Source: Epiperipatus broadwayi (taxonomy: Eukaryota; Animalia; Onychophora). From it: a stretch of 64,000 nucleotides of DNA. The notes beneath the pieces are model-generated. The model saw nothing but the letters and a program-made list of their open reading frames with translations. It did not search any database and was not told the DNA's origin. Positions 62,040 to 64,000 of the stretch are shown here, one piece after another. Made by a program: the position numbers and the translations under genes. Positions within the stretch are counted from its first letter, which is position 1; every line of letters starts with the position of its first letter. The stretch covers positions 10,230,001-10,294,000 of the forward strand of contig JAQFVV010000007.1 in the NCBI GenBank assembly GCA_028023455.1, given 5' to 3'.

Positions 62040-62700
62040 TTTGTCACATCAATTAAACTGTAGTAATTGATTATCTATATATACTGAACAATAATAAAGA
62101 TAAGTGTAAGAGAATGTGATCTGGGACAACTGATGACTGCTGGTTCAACATGAAATGTGCATTTTAGAGGTCATACATCTTTTTCACATGTCTTTGGTTA
62201 TATATTTATGATTACACAGCTCCACAAAGTGTTAAAAATGATAGAAACCCATTCCTACCTTATATGAGAACTGTATAGTAAAAATTTCACTACAGAAACA
62301 TTATTCATTAAATAGATAATCTCTAGTCTAATGATTGACTAATAAAAATTATTAGTATACTTCAATCAAGTGGTTTGTGTCAAAGTTGTGAGAGCACTAA
62401 ATTTGATACTTATCAATAAAACTATAATAATTTCCTATCTATATATACTAAATAGTGACAAAGATATACATGTAAGAAAATGTAATTTGGGCCAACTGAT
62501 GAGTGCTGATTCAGCATGAAATGTGTACCTTGGGGATCATATATCTTTTTCATATGTCTTTGGCCATATGGATTACACCTCTCCACAAGATGAAAAGTGG
62601 ATGTCCTTACCTTGTGTGGGAATGGTGTAAGGTGAAATTATATTACTGAAACACTATTCATTAAATGAATAATCTCTAATCTAATGAATGACTAAATAAA
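62040..62700 (+). mobile_element. Family A' tandem dimer, 366-bp period, HHR-like cores at 62130 and 62496
   Basis: caa CTGATGA ctgct ggttc aacat GAAA tgtgca tt and ccaa CTGATGA gtgct gattc agcat GAAA tgtgta cc ttgg; unit matches 11475-11960. Confidence 0.85.
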
Positions 62701-64000
62701 AATAATATATTGTTCATTTGTATCACATTTACAATCCAACAAAGAAATGATTTTGCAATAGTAAACTCTATAAGTCACACATCCATTAAGTTCAAAATAT
62801 ATTGATTGGTCACATGATCATGCATTGTATTTTTTTAAAAAAAAATGCATAAATGAAGCTTCTCTAATAGCTTATGTTACATCGATATGATATCCAAGTC
62901 TTACTTTTATACAATAAATTAAGTAAAATATTGACTTCATATTTACATAATTTAGTTGCAGGTGTTAATTTCATTTTCGTAAAATACCTGCTTTTTAACT
63001 TATTAAAGCAGCAGCACATTGAAGTCTGTATTGCACCTCAACATCCAAGTCCATCTTTTGCCTATTAAAATACAAAGATATTTAAACCAATATATTTTCT
63101 TAAGATGATAACCATCAAAGTGAAAAGTTGCTTAGAATTTTTCTTCCTTCACTTGCTTTATAAAGAATTTGAGTTTTTTTTTACTATTAACTATTAATTC
63201 AGTCTTCTTATGATGCATTTAAAACATTACGTATGTCCTTTACATTTAAACTGGAAAAGTAATGCAACCATGATTCCAATGTTTATCTAAAATTCAATGC
63301 CACACAGTCATATAAATAATATAATCAGCAAATCTATAAATTTTTATAAATTTGAAAATTCAGCTGTACAATATTTTATTGAATTATTATGCGTCAGCAA
63401 AACAGATTTTCTAGAGATATATAAGTGCAGGCATATAGGTGTGTATGTTAATAGATGTTGCTATTTTATAGTTCAAAATAGTATTAAAAGAATGTTATGA
63501 TCAAGGATTATTAAAGACATTATCATATTTTAAGAGTGACCTATCATTATTTTTTTTTTCAAAAGGTTACTATTCTTTTAAAATAATGCATTATGCTGCC
63601 TGTATTGTAGAATGGGTTGCTGTGTGCACCTGTTTCCAGAGAACTAATTACTGTAACTAAAAATAATTGAATGCAGAATTATTTTGCTTGCTTTATTTTA
63701 TGGAAATGAGACTATGACATTGAGACATAAGATAAATTCATCAGAAAAAACTTATGCATGGATGCTCTGAAAATTTTAACAATATTATAGCAAGATCTTA
63801 TGACTATCATCAGTATGTTAGTGAACTTTTTCGATGTCTTACTACAGAGTCACCTATTGCAAAATAACTCTTTTGTTTAGTTGAACATGTGAAATGAATG
63901 AACAGTACAAAACTTCCTAAAAATGTTTTATTCTGAGTCAACCATGGCTCTCATAGGAAAATCAGATCCTGTTTATATTATAAAGATTTTAAGAAAGTAC

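Overview
Very AT-rich animal genomic DNA, probably invertebrate (inference). I cannot support any host protein-coding exon, so the window looks intergenic or like part of a very large intron. The only long intact ORF (51263-54094, minus strand, 943 aa) is the endonuclease plus reverse transcriptase of a full-length, young RTE-clade LINE (~51245-54388). Most of the rest is Penelope-like element (PLE) material. It includes decayed PLE RT and GIY-YIG coding relics (~3000-3300, 3895-5163, 12316-14860), a near-perfect 431-bp-arm palindrome carrying a GIY-YIG C-terminus (60760-61632), and several non-coding families with ~270-370 bp units arranged as one inverted copy plus tandem copies. About 25 minimal type I hammerhead ribozyme (HHR)-like motifs with palindromic stem III lie in these families. 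They include two intact-looking cores 341 nt apart in a retrozyme-like array (20103-21904) and motifs with non-canonical but compensatory 3-8 core pairs (A3-U8 and U3-A8). Also present are a SPIN/URR1-like hAT MITE with an 8-bp TSD, a tRNA-Gly-derived short SINE family (4 copies), several decayed RTE fragments, mini- and microsatellites, and about 15 fold-back structures. Old repeats show strong CpG-to-TpG/CpA decay. All alignments and folds were done by eye. Repeat boundaries are approximate unless given with TSDs or TIRs. Family letters A-G are my own labels.
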